From the NCBI GenBank assembly GCA_023205875.1, contig CP060755.1:1178001-1242000 (forward strand): a stretch of DNA of 64,000 bases, written 5' to 3'. Origin of the DNA: Chloropicon primus. Its lineage: Eukaryota. The notes beneath the pieces are model-generated. The model was not told the DNA's origin, ran no database searches, and was given only the letters and a program-made list of their open reading frames with translations. A program made the translations under genes and the position numbers. This document shows, piece by piece, positions 20,600 to 32,606 of this stretch (the stretch's first letter is position 1; each line of letters starts with the position of its first letter).

Positions 20600-21613
20600 A
20601 TGAGCAAAGGGTACCAACTCATGAACTTGCTGCACGAGCTCCCCCCGGTCTCGCACGCCGTGGCGTACGGATCGGGTGTCTTCAAGAGCTTCGGATCCGC
20701 TGCGGTCTCCAAGTCCACCAAGGTGGTGGACTACATTATCGCAGTCAGCAATGCCGAGGAGTGGCACGCGGAGAACCTGCAGGCGAATCCGGCTCACTAC
20801 GGTTGGACTAGCAGGTTTATTGGAGGGAAGCGCACCGCAAGGATAGCCGAGAGGGTCGGCCTGGGCATTCACTTCAACCCCTTTGTCAACGTCGGTGGCC
20901 AGCTCTGCAAGTACGGAGTCGTGAGCACTGAGACCCTGCTCAAGGACTTGGACGAGTGGGACCACCTCTACCTCGCAGGAAGGCTGCAGAAGCCTGTGAA
21001 ACCTCTCGTCACCAGCGACGAGGTCGATACGGCAGTGAAGAGGAACATCCGCGCGGCCTTGTGCGCGGCCTTGCTGCTGATGCCGGAGAACTTCACCAAA
21101 AGAGAGCTCTACCACAGAATTTGCAGTTTGTCCTACGACGGGGACATCCGGCTGGTTTTCGCCGCGGAGGACAGGTCCAAAGTGGACAACATCGTGTCTG
21201 GAAGCGAAAAGGAGCTGGATGTCCTGTATCTCGGCGAGCTTGCGGGCCAGTGCGGGGCCAAGGCGGGGCTATCTGGACCGGGGGAAGACGGTGCGTGGTC
21301 CCAAAGCGAGCACTCGCCGTCGTCCTCTCGGTCAGACTTGCTGGCGTGCATTCCGCAGTCGATTCTCAACGAAGTCTCGAGCAAACTTGGGTTGGGGGAC
21401 CTGAACTTCGACTGCCCGAACTCGCGAGGGTCTTCTGCTGCCGCGCTTGCCAGGGAGGGACGCTATCCGGAGGCTCTCAAGGACGTTATCGCCGCCCGAG
21501 TCCGCCAAGCAAGCATCAGGCAGGCCAAGTACGGGGTATTGTCGACTGACTTGAGCAAGAGCGTCTCTTACCTGGGGCAAAAACTGCACAAGGCTTTCCT
21601 GACGAGGAAGTAA
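20600..21613 (+). CDS. TAM41: Mitochondrial phosphatidate cytidylyltransferase Tam41/Mmp37
   Basis: AYGSGVF, WHAENLQANPAHY, IHFNPFV, KYGVV, DLDEWDHLYLAGRLQKPV and LSYDGDIR motifs. Confidence 0.96.
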   Translation: MSKGYQLMNLLHELPPVSHAVAYGSGVFKSFGSAAVSKSTKVVDYIIAVSNAEEWHAENLQANPAHYGWTSRFIGGKRTARIAERVGLGIHFNPFVNVGGQLCKYGVVSTETLLKDLDEWDHLYLAGRLQKPVKPLVTSDEVDTAVKRNIRAALCAALLLMPENFTKRELYHRICSLSYDGDIRLVFAAEDRSKVDNIVSGSEKELDVLYLGELAGQCGAKAGLSGPGEDGAWSQSEHSPSSSRSDLLACIPQSILNEVSSKLGLGDLNFDCPNSRGSSAAALAREGRYPEALKDVIAARVRQASIRQAKYGVLSTDLSKSVSYLGQKLHKAFLTRK

Positions 21614-21885
21614 AAGCCGTGTGTATATTTTTGTCATACGATAGATATAATTATCAGTTACAAAAATTCCGTTGTTCTACAAGCAAGAACCACTATATGC
21701 GTGTTCTCCGTTTCTTGCGCTCTGCCCACGCTAAATACTATAAAAAAATGGTAATAACTTGATCCTACCCCTTGGCGGGTCCTCTCACCCGCTCTCTTCG
21801 CGGCCACATAACATCTCTCCCCAGTAACAGCCCTCTGTCTACTCTGCCATCTCCCGCTCAGAAAAGCTTTTTCATGAAACAAGCC

Positions 21886-22580
21886 TTAGCTGGTCTCCTC
21901 GACTTTCTTCTTCTTCGCCGCCGCTTCGTCTCCGGACACGACCTCCCCGTCTTGATACTTCATGTTCTTATACTTTCCTTGGATCTGCTTTGAGAGGATG
22001 AGGTCGAAACTGTCGTTTCTCTGCGGGTTCAACAGGACAAGCAGAACCACGCCCCGGGTCAGACTCGGGGGGGGACAAAAACTGAAAGTTGTGAGGTGGG
22101 ACTTACTCTAAAGAAGTTTTCCTGGACTTGGTTCTTCCTCGGCGAGTCCTCCGAGCCGCTTGCCTCGTCCTTCTCCAGAGAGGCCTTGGGATCGATTTGA
22201 ACTTTGCTCATGACGTCCACGATTTCAAAAGCCTGGTTGTTGGCCTGTTTCAAGACATTGACTTCGCAGGCGCTTTGGCTCCTCCCGCGGACTTCCTCCG
22301 CGTTCCCGGATGCCAGGGCCGCCTGCTGGATGTCATTGAATGGCTCGGAGTTGATGCGCCTTCCCATCCTTTCTCTGCGCCTCTTCTCCAACGGTGACTC
22401 CTTTCCTCTCTCAAGGCCGTACTTGCTCCACAGCAAACCTTGCAAACCTCCTCCTGACCTCATCAGGACCTCCTGCGAGAAGTTGTCCTTTCCGCGGGGC
22501 GAGTCCGGGAAAGGGGAAGAGCGCGAGGAGGAAGTCGCCGAGGACGCTCCAAAAGAGTCCTTTTGGTCCTTCGAAGCCAT
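21886..22580 (-). CDS. Hypothetical Ser-rich hydrophilic protein; exons 22580-22107 and 22020-21886
   Basis: An ATG-initiated ORF, GTAAGT donor and CGCAG acceptor give an in-frame second exon (RNDSFDLILSKQIQGKYKNMK...). No family recognised. Confidence 0.6.
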
Positions 22581-23198
22581 CTTGCCGCGGTGTCTTGGCC
22601 CTCAATAAAAATAATCTGGGGGTGGGGGCTGATGAAATCCTCTTTTCCCCTTTTCGTGTTCACACGTGTGTTCTTGCAGCCTGCGCGCGCGGTGCGCCTC
22701 TGGAGTCAACCGAACGCCTTTGGGGTCAATGGGTACCTCAGCAGTGCTGACCAAGTTCGCTTTGGTTGGTCTCTCTTATCTACACTCTTGCTTGACGAGA
22801 AAACCTCCAAACTCCTTGACGAGATGAACGCCACGAACGATCCCCCCCGTGTACCTGTCCGCGTACGTAGAGCGGGAGAGACGGGATCAACGAGGGACGG
22901 GGGCAAGGGCAAGGGCAAGAGCAAACCCGTTCTCAGCCAGACAGGCCGAATCAACAGAGGCTCCATCGAATCGAATTACAAAGTCTTTTTCTTCGGAGAA
23001 CAGACAGAGAGAGAGAGAGAGAGAGAGAGGTTTCTCTTATTGAAGCCCATTATGCGCCCATTATGCGCCCGTCACATGATGCCGAGTCAGCTCTCTTTCT
23101 TTTTTGTCTCTTCTCGGGCTCTCCTCGTATTTTGGTATTTGGGATCAATCTCGAAAATGAAATGGTTCGCGCGCCTTGAAGGACAGCTTTAGAGAGAG

Positions 23199-24880
23199 AT
23201 GGGCACGATGGTGGGCACCAGGACGGGGTTGGGGGCAGAGATAGAGAAGCTAAGGGCCAGGAGGGAGATGCTGGAGCTGGACTCCGCTTCCTACTCCGTC
23301 AGCACGGTCGCAAAGGTAAGCCCCTCTCCTCGTCTAGCTGGCTTGTGCTCAAACTTACTAACGAGCGCTTTCTCAGTGGAGAGCCAGGCTGAGCGAGCTC
23401 AAGAACCAGAGCGAGGCCGCGAGAGCTAGGAACGAAAGGTGGGTTCGACTGCTTCCAAAGCCTGCGCTATTCAACTCGCTCGCTCGTACTGAACACGAAG
23501 GGACGACGAATCCTTCTTTTTGCTTTTGTTTTGCTCTTGCGGTTTCTTTTCAGGCTCGTGGCCGAGACGAGCAAGGTCTCCAACGAATACCACGACAGCG
23601 CGAGGGTCGTGCAGCTGAGCGACAAGGCTTTTGGGTACGACGTTGCGGTCAGGGAGTACCTCAAGAAAGTGAAGAAGCTCTTGCCCACTTGGATCAAGCA
23701 GCAACAATGTCAGCACGAGGAGCAGAGCTTGGACAAGCCTGGGAGCTCGAGCCCGCGATCGCGGGCTGTGCCGGACCGCAGCAAACCACGCGCTAGCCCA
23801 CGGACTTCTGGTGAGTCCGTGAAAGGGAAGGTGGTCTTGGGAGGGCCCGACAAGGAGAGAATAAGGATACACCTGTCTCGCGAGGGAAGCTTCTCTGCCA
23901 GGAGTCCCTCAGGCGCAAGGGGGCGGGAGCCTGTCGGTGAGGAGGAGGAGGAGGAGGAGCGCCAGCTGTCGAGGAACCCAAGCCTGTCCCGCTCCCCGGC
24001 TTTCGCCCCCGTCCAGACGGCCTCCTTCACGAACATCGCAAAGATCGGAGATGCCAACAACAGCAGCAGCAGGAAGAGGACACCAGAACAGGCAGGCAGG
24101 TCCCAAGAGAGAGAAGCGAGCCCTGTTTCCTCTCAGGCGCCGACTCCACCGCTGCAGCAGCAGCCGCAGCAGCCGCAGTCCGAAAAGAGCAGAGAGAGCC
24201 GCGAATCCCACCTGGCTAGGACGACGCCGAAGTCTCGAGTCCCCGGCAGTGAGGTGAAGGTGACTCCGACAAGAGTTCGATTTTTGGGCGAAGACGTGGA
24301 CCTAGAGGACAGCGAAGATACCTTCGAGTCTTACGCAGACACGGGAGAGGAGCCGTCGCCAGTCGGAAAGAGTGACAGCCAAGTGTATTACACGGAATCA
24401 GAGAGGTCCGTGGAGAGCTTCCAGGGGGCATACCCAGCAAGCCCCCTCCTCGCCCAGGAGAAGAGTGACCAGAGCAGGGCGCCAACGCCAGTCCGGAAAG
24501 ATTCGCCTGCGATTCCCTCGGTGCGCCCCACTGAGCCTGCTTCTGCTGTTCCTGAAAGCCAGAGTGAGCAAGCGGCACGAGAAGTGTCGTCAACCTCGTC
24601 GAGCAGCGAAGAAACAAGCGGCCACGCGGAGGAACCGGAGGCTCCGCCCCCAAAGAAGTCTTCAACGCCCAAAGAGATCGTGGGGAACCAGGACGAGAGG
24701 AGCCTTGGTGATGACGAGGGCGATGAGGGCAATGGGGGTCCTTTCCAAGGAGATGCGGTGAAGACGTCAAATATTGCCAACAGAACGTTTGACACGGACA
24801 CGGAAGAGTCTGACGTGTTCTACCAAAGTTACCAAACGAAGCAACTCAGCAAGGAAAGCAGCGACGAGTTTGACTTTTGA
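23199..24880 (+). CDS. Coiled-coil plus long disordered Ser/Glu/Pro-rich protein, possibly kizuna-like; exons 23199-23315, 23377-23438, 23554-24880
   Basis: Two GT-AG introns join in frame. The N-terminus (RREMLELD..SYS.S...KWRARLSELKNQSEAARARNERL) resembles the centrosomal kizuna N-terminal pattern by eye only. Confidence 0.6.
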
Positions 24881-25016
24881 TGGGGCTGGATTGGCTTACA
24901 CCAAGGTCAGGCGCCCCGTTCCTTTCTGCGCGCACACGTGTGAGGAAAATACGGCTCTTAAATCTCTTAATTCACTTAGTCTTATGCTTTGCTTGCTTTT
25001 TTAGGCCTCGTTTGGC

Positions 25017-25573
25017 TCAGACGAAGGCTCCCCCCGCGACCTCCAGAACGTGCCCGTTGACGTAGCTACAGAAAGGGGACGCCAGCATCAAAATGGTCCC
25101 AGCAGCTTCCTCGGGCTCCCCAAACCTTCCGAGGGGGACGATCTTGGTGAACTGTCCGACGATATGGCCAGGAATACCGAGCTTCACGTCCTTGGCACCA
25201 ACCTTCATGGATTCACCGTTCTTGCTGTCTCCGGTCAGCCTGGTCTTGATGAAACCAAAAGCTATGGCGTTGCAGCGAATGTTGAACTTGCCCCACTCCT
25301 TGGCCACAGTTTTCGTCAGACCGATGATCCCCGACTTGGCGGTCGCGTAGTTCGCCTGACCAGAGTTGCCGTGGACCCCCGTCGTGGACGAGATGTTCAG
25401 AACAACTCTTGGCCTGGCCTTTCCAGTCTCCTTGATCTCGGCCTTCGCCATGGCTCTCATGTGCTCCCCGGCAGCCTGGATCAGTTTGAAGGGCACCGTG
25501 CAGTGAATCTCCAGCATGGCCTGCCACTGCTGCTCGCTCGTCTTGTGAATGACGCCGTCCCACGTGTACCCAC

Positions 25574-25632
<59 letters not shown>

Positions 25633-26100
25633 CAGGCCTCCGCGCTGGGTAGAGCAAGGGAAGGGCGAATACTTACGCGTTGTTGACAAGTATGTCGATT
25701 GCGGAGAACTCCTTGATGGCGGTGTCCACAAGCCTCTGGATGACACCTGGCTTTGTCAAATCGCCGTGAACGCCGACGGCCTCCGCTCCCAGGCTTCTCA
25801 CTTCGTCGCAGACGGCGTCGCAGACGCTCCTGCGGGCAACCATCGAAGCAGTACGGGTCGTCAGAATTCAGAGGGTCCTCGCTCGAGCAGCGCGAGGACA
25901 GCAGGGGGTTGGTTTCCTCACCTGTCCAAGTCGTTGAGGACGAGCCTGGCCCCATTCTGGGCGAACATCATGGCGGCCTCCCTTCCAATGCCTCTTCCCG
26001 CTCCCGTAATGATGGTCACGGACCCATCGAACAAGGCACTCGTCTCCTCTCCGGTCCCGAGGTGCCTCTTCACCACCGCTATCCTCCTCGCGTGCGCCAT
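25017..26100 (-). CDS. Short-chain dehydrogenase/reductase, FabG-like, two introns
   Basis: ITGAGRGIG, spliced VNNAG, NISS, YATAK catalytic motif and NAIAFGFIKT. Confidence 0.93.
25580..25632. repeat. Compound (GA)n(GT)n microsatellite inside an SDR intron
   Basis: Directly visible. Confidence 0.9.
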
Positions 26101-26693
26101 ACCTTCCCTCGATCGATCGATTCAGAACCCAAACCACAACCAGCCACGCCAACTCGGCCTCTCTTCTCCCAGCTTCTCCTCCTCCGGAGCGCGCGAACGA
26201 TTTAGGATTGATCTGTCTGGACAATTAACTTCGCTCACCTCACCGCCTTGGGCCGGCGCTCGCCTCTCAGGAGGGGGAGGGGAGTAGGTTTTCCGTCTTG
26301 TTGCTGTGAGTTTGTCGTATTCTTGGAATCGCTGTGGTCGTGCTGTGGTTTTGGAAATTTCCCCCTCGCCCTCGCCCTCGAAGAAGGTGTCCGTTAAACG
26401 AGAAAAAAAAAACCTGCAGAGGGGAACAAAGGGGCAGAGCAAGGCGACGAGAGAGAGAGACGACGACGACGACGACGACGACGAGGAGAGGCGAGAACGA
26501 GGACAGAAGGAAGCACCGAAGGACTTGACGGAGGGCGAGGAGGTTAGGCGGGGACTGAGGCTTCTTGAGAGGAAGGGACCGCGTGGTGGAGTGCTTAGGG
26601 ACGCGGATTGTTTTTGGAAAAGTTTTTCTTCTTCTTCTTCTTCTTCGCTTTTGGAGGGTCGCCGCGAACCGTTGCTAGAACAGGGCGAGGAGA

Positions 26694-27289
26694 ATGGTGT
26701 GGGTTTACCTTCAGTTCAGGTGAGCACATCAGTCTCTCCTGCTCCTCGGCGAGGCCACGAGTTTTTTTGGCGAACATCTTTTGGGGAAGGCCTAACTAAC
26801 CTCCGGGACGTTCTGTCTCTGCTTCCTCTCTGTGTCCCTCTCTCTCTCGCTGTTCCTCGGCAGTGGGGGCCTTGAGACGCTCTTCGACAATGTGAAGTCC
26901 CACAAGGTGGACATTCCGTCCAAGAAGCCGGACAGGACGACCGTCAAGTCGGTTGTCAGCTACATTCAGAAGAAGATGCTGAAGAAGAATCCCGAGATGT
27001 TCCTGAAAGGTGAGCCCTCTCCCAGGTGGCGGGGGTGGGGGTAGGGAGGCGGGATCCCGCCCTGCCACTCCCCGAGTGCGGCTCGGAGACTCTCGCTCGG
27101 TGGCCCCCGGAACTGACGGCTTCGACTCGCTTTCCTTCCCTTTTGTCTCCTCGTCCCGCAGGCAAAGAGCTTCGTCCCGGCATCCTCGTGCTCATCAACG
27201 ACATTGACTGGGAGCTCGGCGGAAAGGAGGAGTGCATCGTCGAGAGCAACGACGTTGTCCTCTTCTTGTCGACTCTGCACGGAGGGTGA
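26694..27289 (+). CDS. URM1: Ubiquitin-related modifier 1; exons 26694-26719, 26864-27009, 27162-27289
   Basis: Spliced product gives FSGGLETLF...[15 protein letters not shown]...FLSTLHGG, ending in di-Gly. Confidence 0.96.
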
Positions 27290-27603
27290 GAACCGGCGTG
27301 GAAGGCGTCGGCGGAGACGCTCTCTCATTCCACGATCGTGCGCGGAGGCTTTCTTCTTTTCCCTCGAGCCTTAGGGGATACGAATCGCTTATTATTGTAG
27401 TATCTTTAGGTGTAATGCATCGTAGGACGAGAAGGAAGGAGGAAAAGAAAAAAAGAACTCGGGACTCGTGGTGCCGTACACCTTCCTTTATCTCGGCAGC
27501 GAGGACCGGGAGAGAAATCCAATGCTGAACTGCTGCTTTCAGAGGGTTCGAGCCAGGACTCTTTCGAAGGAGGGAAAACGCGTCCCTCCCTCCCTCCCTG
27601 GCC

Positions 27604-27642
27604 CCCGCCCCAAGCTCCCGCCCCAAGCTCCCGCCCCAAGCT
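27604..27642. repeat. Three tandem copies of CCCGCCCCAAGCT upstream of UGD
   Basis: Exact 13-nt unit repeated three times. Confidence 0.85.
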
Positions 27643-27800
27643 CACCATCCATCCATCATCTTTGTGATGCTCCATTCAAAAGACGAGACAGTTTTGAGGT
27701 CCCAATTTGGGACCCAGGAAGGAGGGGAGAGCTCGAAGAAAGGCGACGGAGGAGAGAGAGAGAGAGAGAGAGAAGGAAGGCGAAGGCGAAGGCGATAAGG

Positions 27801-29249
27801 ATGAAGATAGCTTGCATCGGTGCGGGGTACGTGGGCGGGCCCACCATGGCGATGATCGCCCACAAGTGCGAGGGCGTAGAGGTGACGGTTTTGGACATCA
27901 ACGAGGAGAGGATAGCGGCTTGGAACAGCGACAAGCTTCCGATCTACGAGCCGGGACTGGAGGAGGTCGTGAGCGCGGCGAGGGGCAAGACGCTGTTCTT
28001 CTCGACGGAATGCGAGAAGCACGTCGCGGAGGCCGACATCGTGTTCATAAGCGTGAACACGCCCACCAAGACGAGGGGCGTGGGCGCGGGGTACGCTGCC
28101 GACATGACCTACTGGGAGAGCGCCGCGAGGATGATCGCGAGGGTGTCCCACTCGCCCAAGATCATCGTGGAGAAGTCCACCGTTCCGGTCAAGACCGCGC
28201 AGGCCGTCGAGAGGGTCCTCAGCAACAACGTGCTGAACCCCGGGGCGCGGTTCGACATCCTGTCGAACCCCGAGTTCCTGGCGGAGGGGACGGCCATCAA
28301 GGACCTCGAGAAGCCGGACAGGGTCATCATCGGAGGGAGGCAGACCCCCAGCGGGCTCAAGGCCATCGACACCCTGAAGAAGGTCTACGCCCAGTGGATC
28401 CCGGAGGACCAGATCCTCACCAGCAACTTGTGGTCCTCCGAGCTCGCCAAGTTGGCGGCGAACGCGTTCCTTGCCCAGAGGATCTCCTCCATCAACGCCG
28501 TGTCCGCCTTGTGCGAGAAGACGGGAGCGGACGTCTCGGAGATCTCGAAGTGCATCGGGGCCGACTCGAGGATCGGCCCGAAGTTCCTGAACGCCAGCGT
28601 CGGCTTTGGGGGCTCCTGCTTCCAGAAAGACATCCTCAACATGGTGTACATCTGCAGGGGGCTGGGCCTGGAGGAGGTCGCCAATTACTGGGAGTCGGTG
28701 ATCACCATCAACAACTACCAGAAGAGGAGGTTCGTCGACGTCGTGATCTCGAGCTTGTTCAACACCGTCAGGGCCAAGAGGATAGCGATTCTGGGATTCG
28801 CCTTCAAGAAGGACACGGGCGACACGCGCGAGACCCCAGCCATAGACGTCTGCAACGGCCTGCTAGAGGAAGGGGCCAAGCTTGCCGTGTACGACCCGCA
28901 AGTCACCGAGGAGAGAATGAAGATGGACCTCAGCATGGACAAGTTCGAGTGGGACCACCCTTACTCAGAAAGGAAGGCCAAGGAAGTGAGCGACCTCATA
29001 GAGTGCTCCGAGTCTGTCTACAAGGCTTGTGAGGGGGCGCACGCTCTCTGCGTGCTCACGGAATGGGATGAATTCAAGGAATTGGATCTGAGAAGGATCT
29101 ACGACTCGATGGTGAAGCCTGCCTTCATATTCGACGGGAGGAATGTCATAGACGGCAAGGCCGCGAAGGAGATTGGTTTTGTATTTTTCGGAGTCGGCAA
29201 GCCTCTGGACCCTTTTTTGACGGACCCCGCTTCGCCGAACTCCCCCTGA
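27801..29249 (+). CDS. UGD: UDP-glucose 6-dehydrogenase
   Basis: [47 protein letters not shown] and [11 protein letters not shown] motifs. Confidence 0.98.
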   Translation: MKIACIGAGYVGGPTMAMIAHKCEGVEVTVLDINEERIAAWNSDKLPIYEPGLEEVVSAARGKTLFFSTECEKHVAEADIVFISVNTPTKTRGVGAGYAADMTYWESAARMIARVSHSPKIIVEKSTVPVKTAQAVERVLSNNVLNPGARFDILSNPEFLAEGTAIKDLEKPDRVIIGGRQTPSGLKAIDTLKKVYAQWIPEDQILTSNLWSSELAKLAANAFLAQRISSINAVSALCEKTGADVSEISKCIGADSRIGPKFLNASVGFGGSCFQKDILNMVYICRGLGLEEVANYWESVITINNYQKRRFVDVVISSLFNTVRAKRIAILGFAFKKDTGDTRETPAIDVCNGLLEEGAKLAVYDPQVTEERMKMDLSMDKFEWDHPYSERKAKEVSDLIECSESVYKACEGAHALCVLTEWDEFKELDLRRIYDSMVKPAFIFDGRNVIDGKAAKEIGFVFFGVGKPLDPFLTDPASPNSP

Positions 29250-29357
29250 AGACTCAGGTGCGGTAGCCACGCCACGCCTTTTACCTAAAACGAAAGAAGT
29301 AAACCGCGTTGTTTAACTATAGGTTAGAGGTTTTCCCCCTTTTGTTCTTTCCTTCCT

Positions 29358-29848
29358 CTAGTCCTCCGGTACAGCTCTCATGTACAGCACGTTGTTACAC
29401 CGAATCAGCACTTCTCCCAAGTTGCCCGTGAGCTGACCGTCAACGAACTCCTCCGTGTTCGCCAGCTGAAGATTCATGTAGCTGTCCACAGAAACCAGAA
29501 GGCCTTTGTACTCCATTCCCCACTTGAGCTTCACCAGCACTGCTTTTCCAGTGAGGTCCTTCACAAAAGGTTTTGGGTTCATAGGCCCGGACTGCGTGGC
29601 GCAGAAAACAAAAGCAGACCAAGGCGGCGAATCAGGGGAAGGCGTAGTCAGTAACCCGTGCACCTTGCGGGCTCACGCCGCGGGAGTGTGCCCCTCGCCT
29701 GCCCCCTGGGCGAGATCTGCCCAAATTGGAGCAAAACGAGTTGGGAGGGAAAGTGGAAGCGCCCTCGAGGGCGCACGATCCCCCGTCCCGTCGTGTGCTG
29801 GGGCACGCCCCCGAGTTCTCCGAGCGTCTCGCTCTGGAGCCTTACCAT
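29358..29848 (-). CDS. SNRPF: Small nuclear ribonucleoprotein SmF; probable ATG-only first coding exon (29848-29846) plus 29591-29358
   Basis: [39 protein letters not shown]...[21 protein letters not shown] donor and CGCAG acceptor. Confidence 0.95.
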
Positions 29849-30098
29849 CTCCTCTCCGCACTCTCCCGTGTCCTCCTCCGTGAGTCGACCGCTTCGACCC
29901 TCTCCTCCTCTTTGGAGAATGAATGAATTTTGTTTATTTTTTTTGGTCCCGTCCCGGAGAAGAACTGAGGAGGGGCAAAGGAACCTCACACGAGGTCGAT
30001 CCAGTTTGGGAGGGACAATTGAGAGAGGCAGGCGGACGACGAGGGACACGGCTTCCCGATGGTAAATACACTATATGCTTTTAATAGGAATAAAGTTC

Positions 30099-30767
30099 TT
30101 AATCGAAGAGAGAGAATCCCATGTCGTCATCAGACTCCTCCTCCTCGGACTCCTCCTTCTTCTCCTCGGCGGCAGCTCCACCAGCAGCAGAGGCACCTCC
30201 GGCGGCAACGGCACCACCAGCAGGGACGGAAGCGAGCTTCTCGGAACCGGCAGCGATCACCTCGTTGACGTCCTTTCCGGAGAGCTGCTCCATGAGCTTG
30301 GTGAGCTTGTCGTTGTCAGCCTCAGCACCGACGGAGGCGAGGACCTTGGACACATCTCCGGCAGATGGGCTGGCGTTTCCTCCGAGAACGCACTGCGGGT
30401 CGAAAAGGGAGATCGGGAGCGAGCGAGCGAGAGAGAGGTGGTCAGTAACCCGCGTTCCTCCGCAGTCTTGGTGGTCCCCAAGGACTTGGTTTCTTTTCTT
30501 CGTTCTCTCCCAAACCCTGGCGAGAGAGGGGGCGGGACGGGGTTTGACCGCGAGGCTCGCCAGTCCCCCAAGAAACCTCGCCGCACCGCAACCCCTCGTC
30601 GCCCGCAATGAAACACACACACAAAAAAAAAAAAAAAGCAAAGAGGGTCTTCCCGAAGAGCGTGTGCGTGCGTCTCGGACGCCGAGCGCCCCGACTGACG
30701 CCACGCCCCGGTTCTCCCCTCGCCCTCGTCGTTCACGTACCAAGAGGTAAGCTGCGATATGCTTCAT
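30099..30767 (-). CDS. RPLP2: 60S acidic ribosomal protein P2; exons 30767-30741 and 30392-30099
   Basis: [19 protein letters not shown]...[13 protein letters not shown]. 348-nt GT-AG intron. Confidence 0.97.
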   Translation of the reverse strand: MKHIAAYLLVRERRGRGENRGVASVGALGVRDARTRSSGRPSLLFFFFCVCVSLRATRGCGAARFLGGLASLAVKPRPAPSLARVWERTKKRNQVLGDHQDCGGTRVTDHLSLARSLPISLFDPQCVLGGNASPSAGDVSKVLASVGAEADNDKLTKLMEQLSGKDVNEVIAAGSEKLASVPAGGAVAAGGASAAGGAAAEEKKEESEEEESDDDMGFSLFD

Positions 30768-31247
30768 GTCTTCTCCTTAACTACGTGAGGTACTCGTTTC
30801 GTCGGTCGATCGATCGCTCTTCGCTTCGTTTGTTTGGTCCCTCCTGGGTCCTGCTCGCCTCGCCTCGCCTCTCGCGGATTTCAGGCCCCTGTACCAATTC
30901 CATGTAATTCGGGAAACGGCGGCTCTGGCGGCGCTCGACGAGAGAAGAAATACCTCTTTCATATTTCATCTATTGAACTTCACATTTGAGTTTTTTGGAA
31001 ATTTCCTACCGGGGGAGAAGGAGAAGGAAGGAAGGCGAGGACGAGCTCAGCACTTGGCTTTGGCTTTGGCTTTGGCTTTTGATCACGACGCCGTTATTAA
31101 CCAGCAGATCGGCTCTCCCGTGTAGCACGCCGGTCCAATTGGTCTCCACGTCCTGCGCTATCGCAACCAGAAGCCCCTTGTCGTTATACTTGAGGCCCTT
31201 GGCATCTCCCTTTGTGTGGTGGTGGAGCACTGGAGTGAGGGGACGAG

Positions 31248-32466
31248 ATGAAGTACCAGAAGCTAGGATGGAGCGACATGGAGGTGTCGAGGGTGTGCCT
31301 GGGGACGATGACGTTCGGGGTGCAGAACACCGAGGAGGAGGCTCACCAGCAGCTCGACTATGCGATCAAGGAGAGGGGGGTGAACTTTTTGGACACCGCG
31401 GAACTCTACCCGGTTCCGACGAGCAGGGAGACGCAGGGGCGCACGGAGAAGTACATCGGGACGTGGCTGGCGAAGAACCAGGACTTGAGGGACAAGGTGC
31501 ACGTGGCGACCAAGGTGATGGGGTACTCGAAGTCTTCCCACATCCCCTCTGGGCGAGACCCTTCGGCGCAGTACGCGGCTGCCAACTCGGACAAGAAGCA
31601 CGAGGCGCGCCTCGACGCCGCGAACATTGAGAAAGCCGTCGATGCCTCCCTGGCGCGCCTCCAGACCTCGTACATCGACCTTTACCAGCTGCACTGGCCG
31701 GATCGCTACGTGCCTTGCTTCGGGTCCACGGTGTACAACTACTCGAGGCACAGGGAAAAAAGCGTGAGCTTCGAGGAGACGCTCAAGGGCCTGAAGAAGA
31801 TACTGGACCAGGGGAAGATCAAGCACTGGGGCGTGTCCAACGAGAGCAGCTTCGGGGTCTGCCAGCTTTGCCACTGGTGCGACAAGCTCGGGGTGGTGAG
31901 TCTTCTTTCTCCTCAAACGATCGATCGAAGCGAACGTGAGTCTGACGCGCCCGTTCCCTTTCTTCTCTTGACTCCTCGCTCGTGGTCCTCCGCCACAGCC
32001 CTACCCCGTATCGATTCAAAACTCGTTTTCCTTGGTGCACCGACAGTTTGAGACGGAGCTGGCGGAGACTTGTGCGCCGTGGAACCTCAACATCGGCCTG
32101 TTGGCCTGGTCTCCGCTCGCGGGGGGCGCGCTCAGTGGAAAGTACATGAACGGCCAGAAACCACCCAACTCCCGCTTCACCATTTTCGAGCAGTACCAGG
32201 AGAGATTCTGCAGCTCTCGGTGCAGCGGCGCCATCGCGAAGTACTACGAGGTGGCAAAGAAGGAGGACACCTCCCTGGTCAAGATGTCGCTGAGTTGGAT
32301 CGCAGACAGGGACTACATGCAGTCTGGGTCCACAATCATCGGTTCCACCACTATGAAGCAGTTGGAAGAGTGCATCGACGCATTCGACGTGAAGCTGTCC
32401 AAGGAAGCGGAAGAGGCTATTGATCAGATTCACCTCGACTGCCGGGATCCATCCCAAGCGATCTAG
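31248..32466 (+). CDS. Second Tas-like aldo-keto reductase; exons 31248-31895 and 31999-32466
   Basis: CLGTMTFG, DTAELYPVP, DLYQLHWPDR, GVSNES, SIQNSFSL and WSPLAGG motifs. One phase-0 intron. Confidence 0.93.
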
Positions 32467-32606
32467 AGAGACGCGATGCAGCGGAACGAGGTCTTCTTGG
32501 AAGCCAGGACCCGTGGCGAGGGATTCGAGAGAAACGCTTTCGATTTTTTTTTCGTTATTCGGTTAATATACACAGCGTTTTCGGGAGGTGGGCACCCGCG
32601 TTGAAT

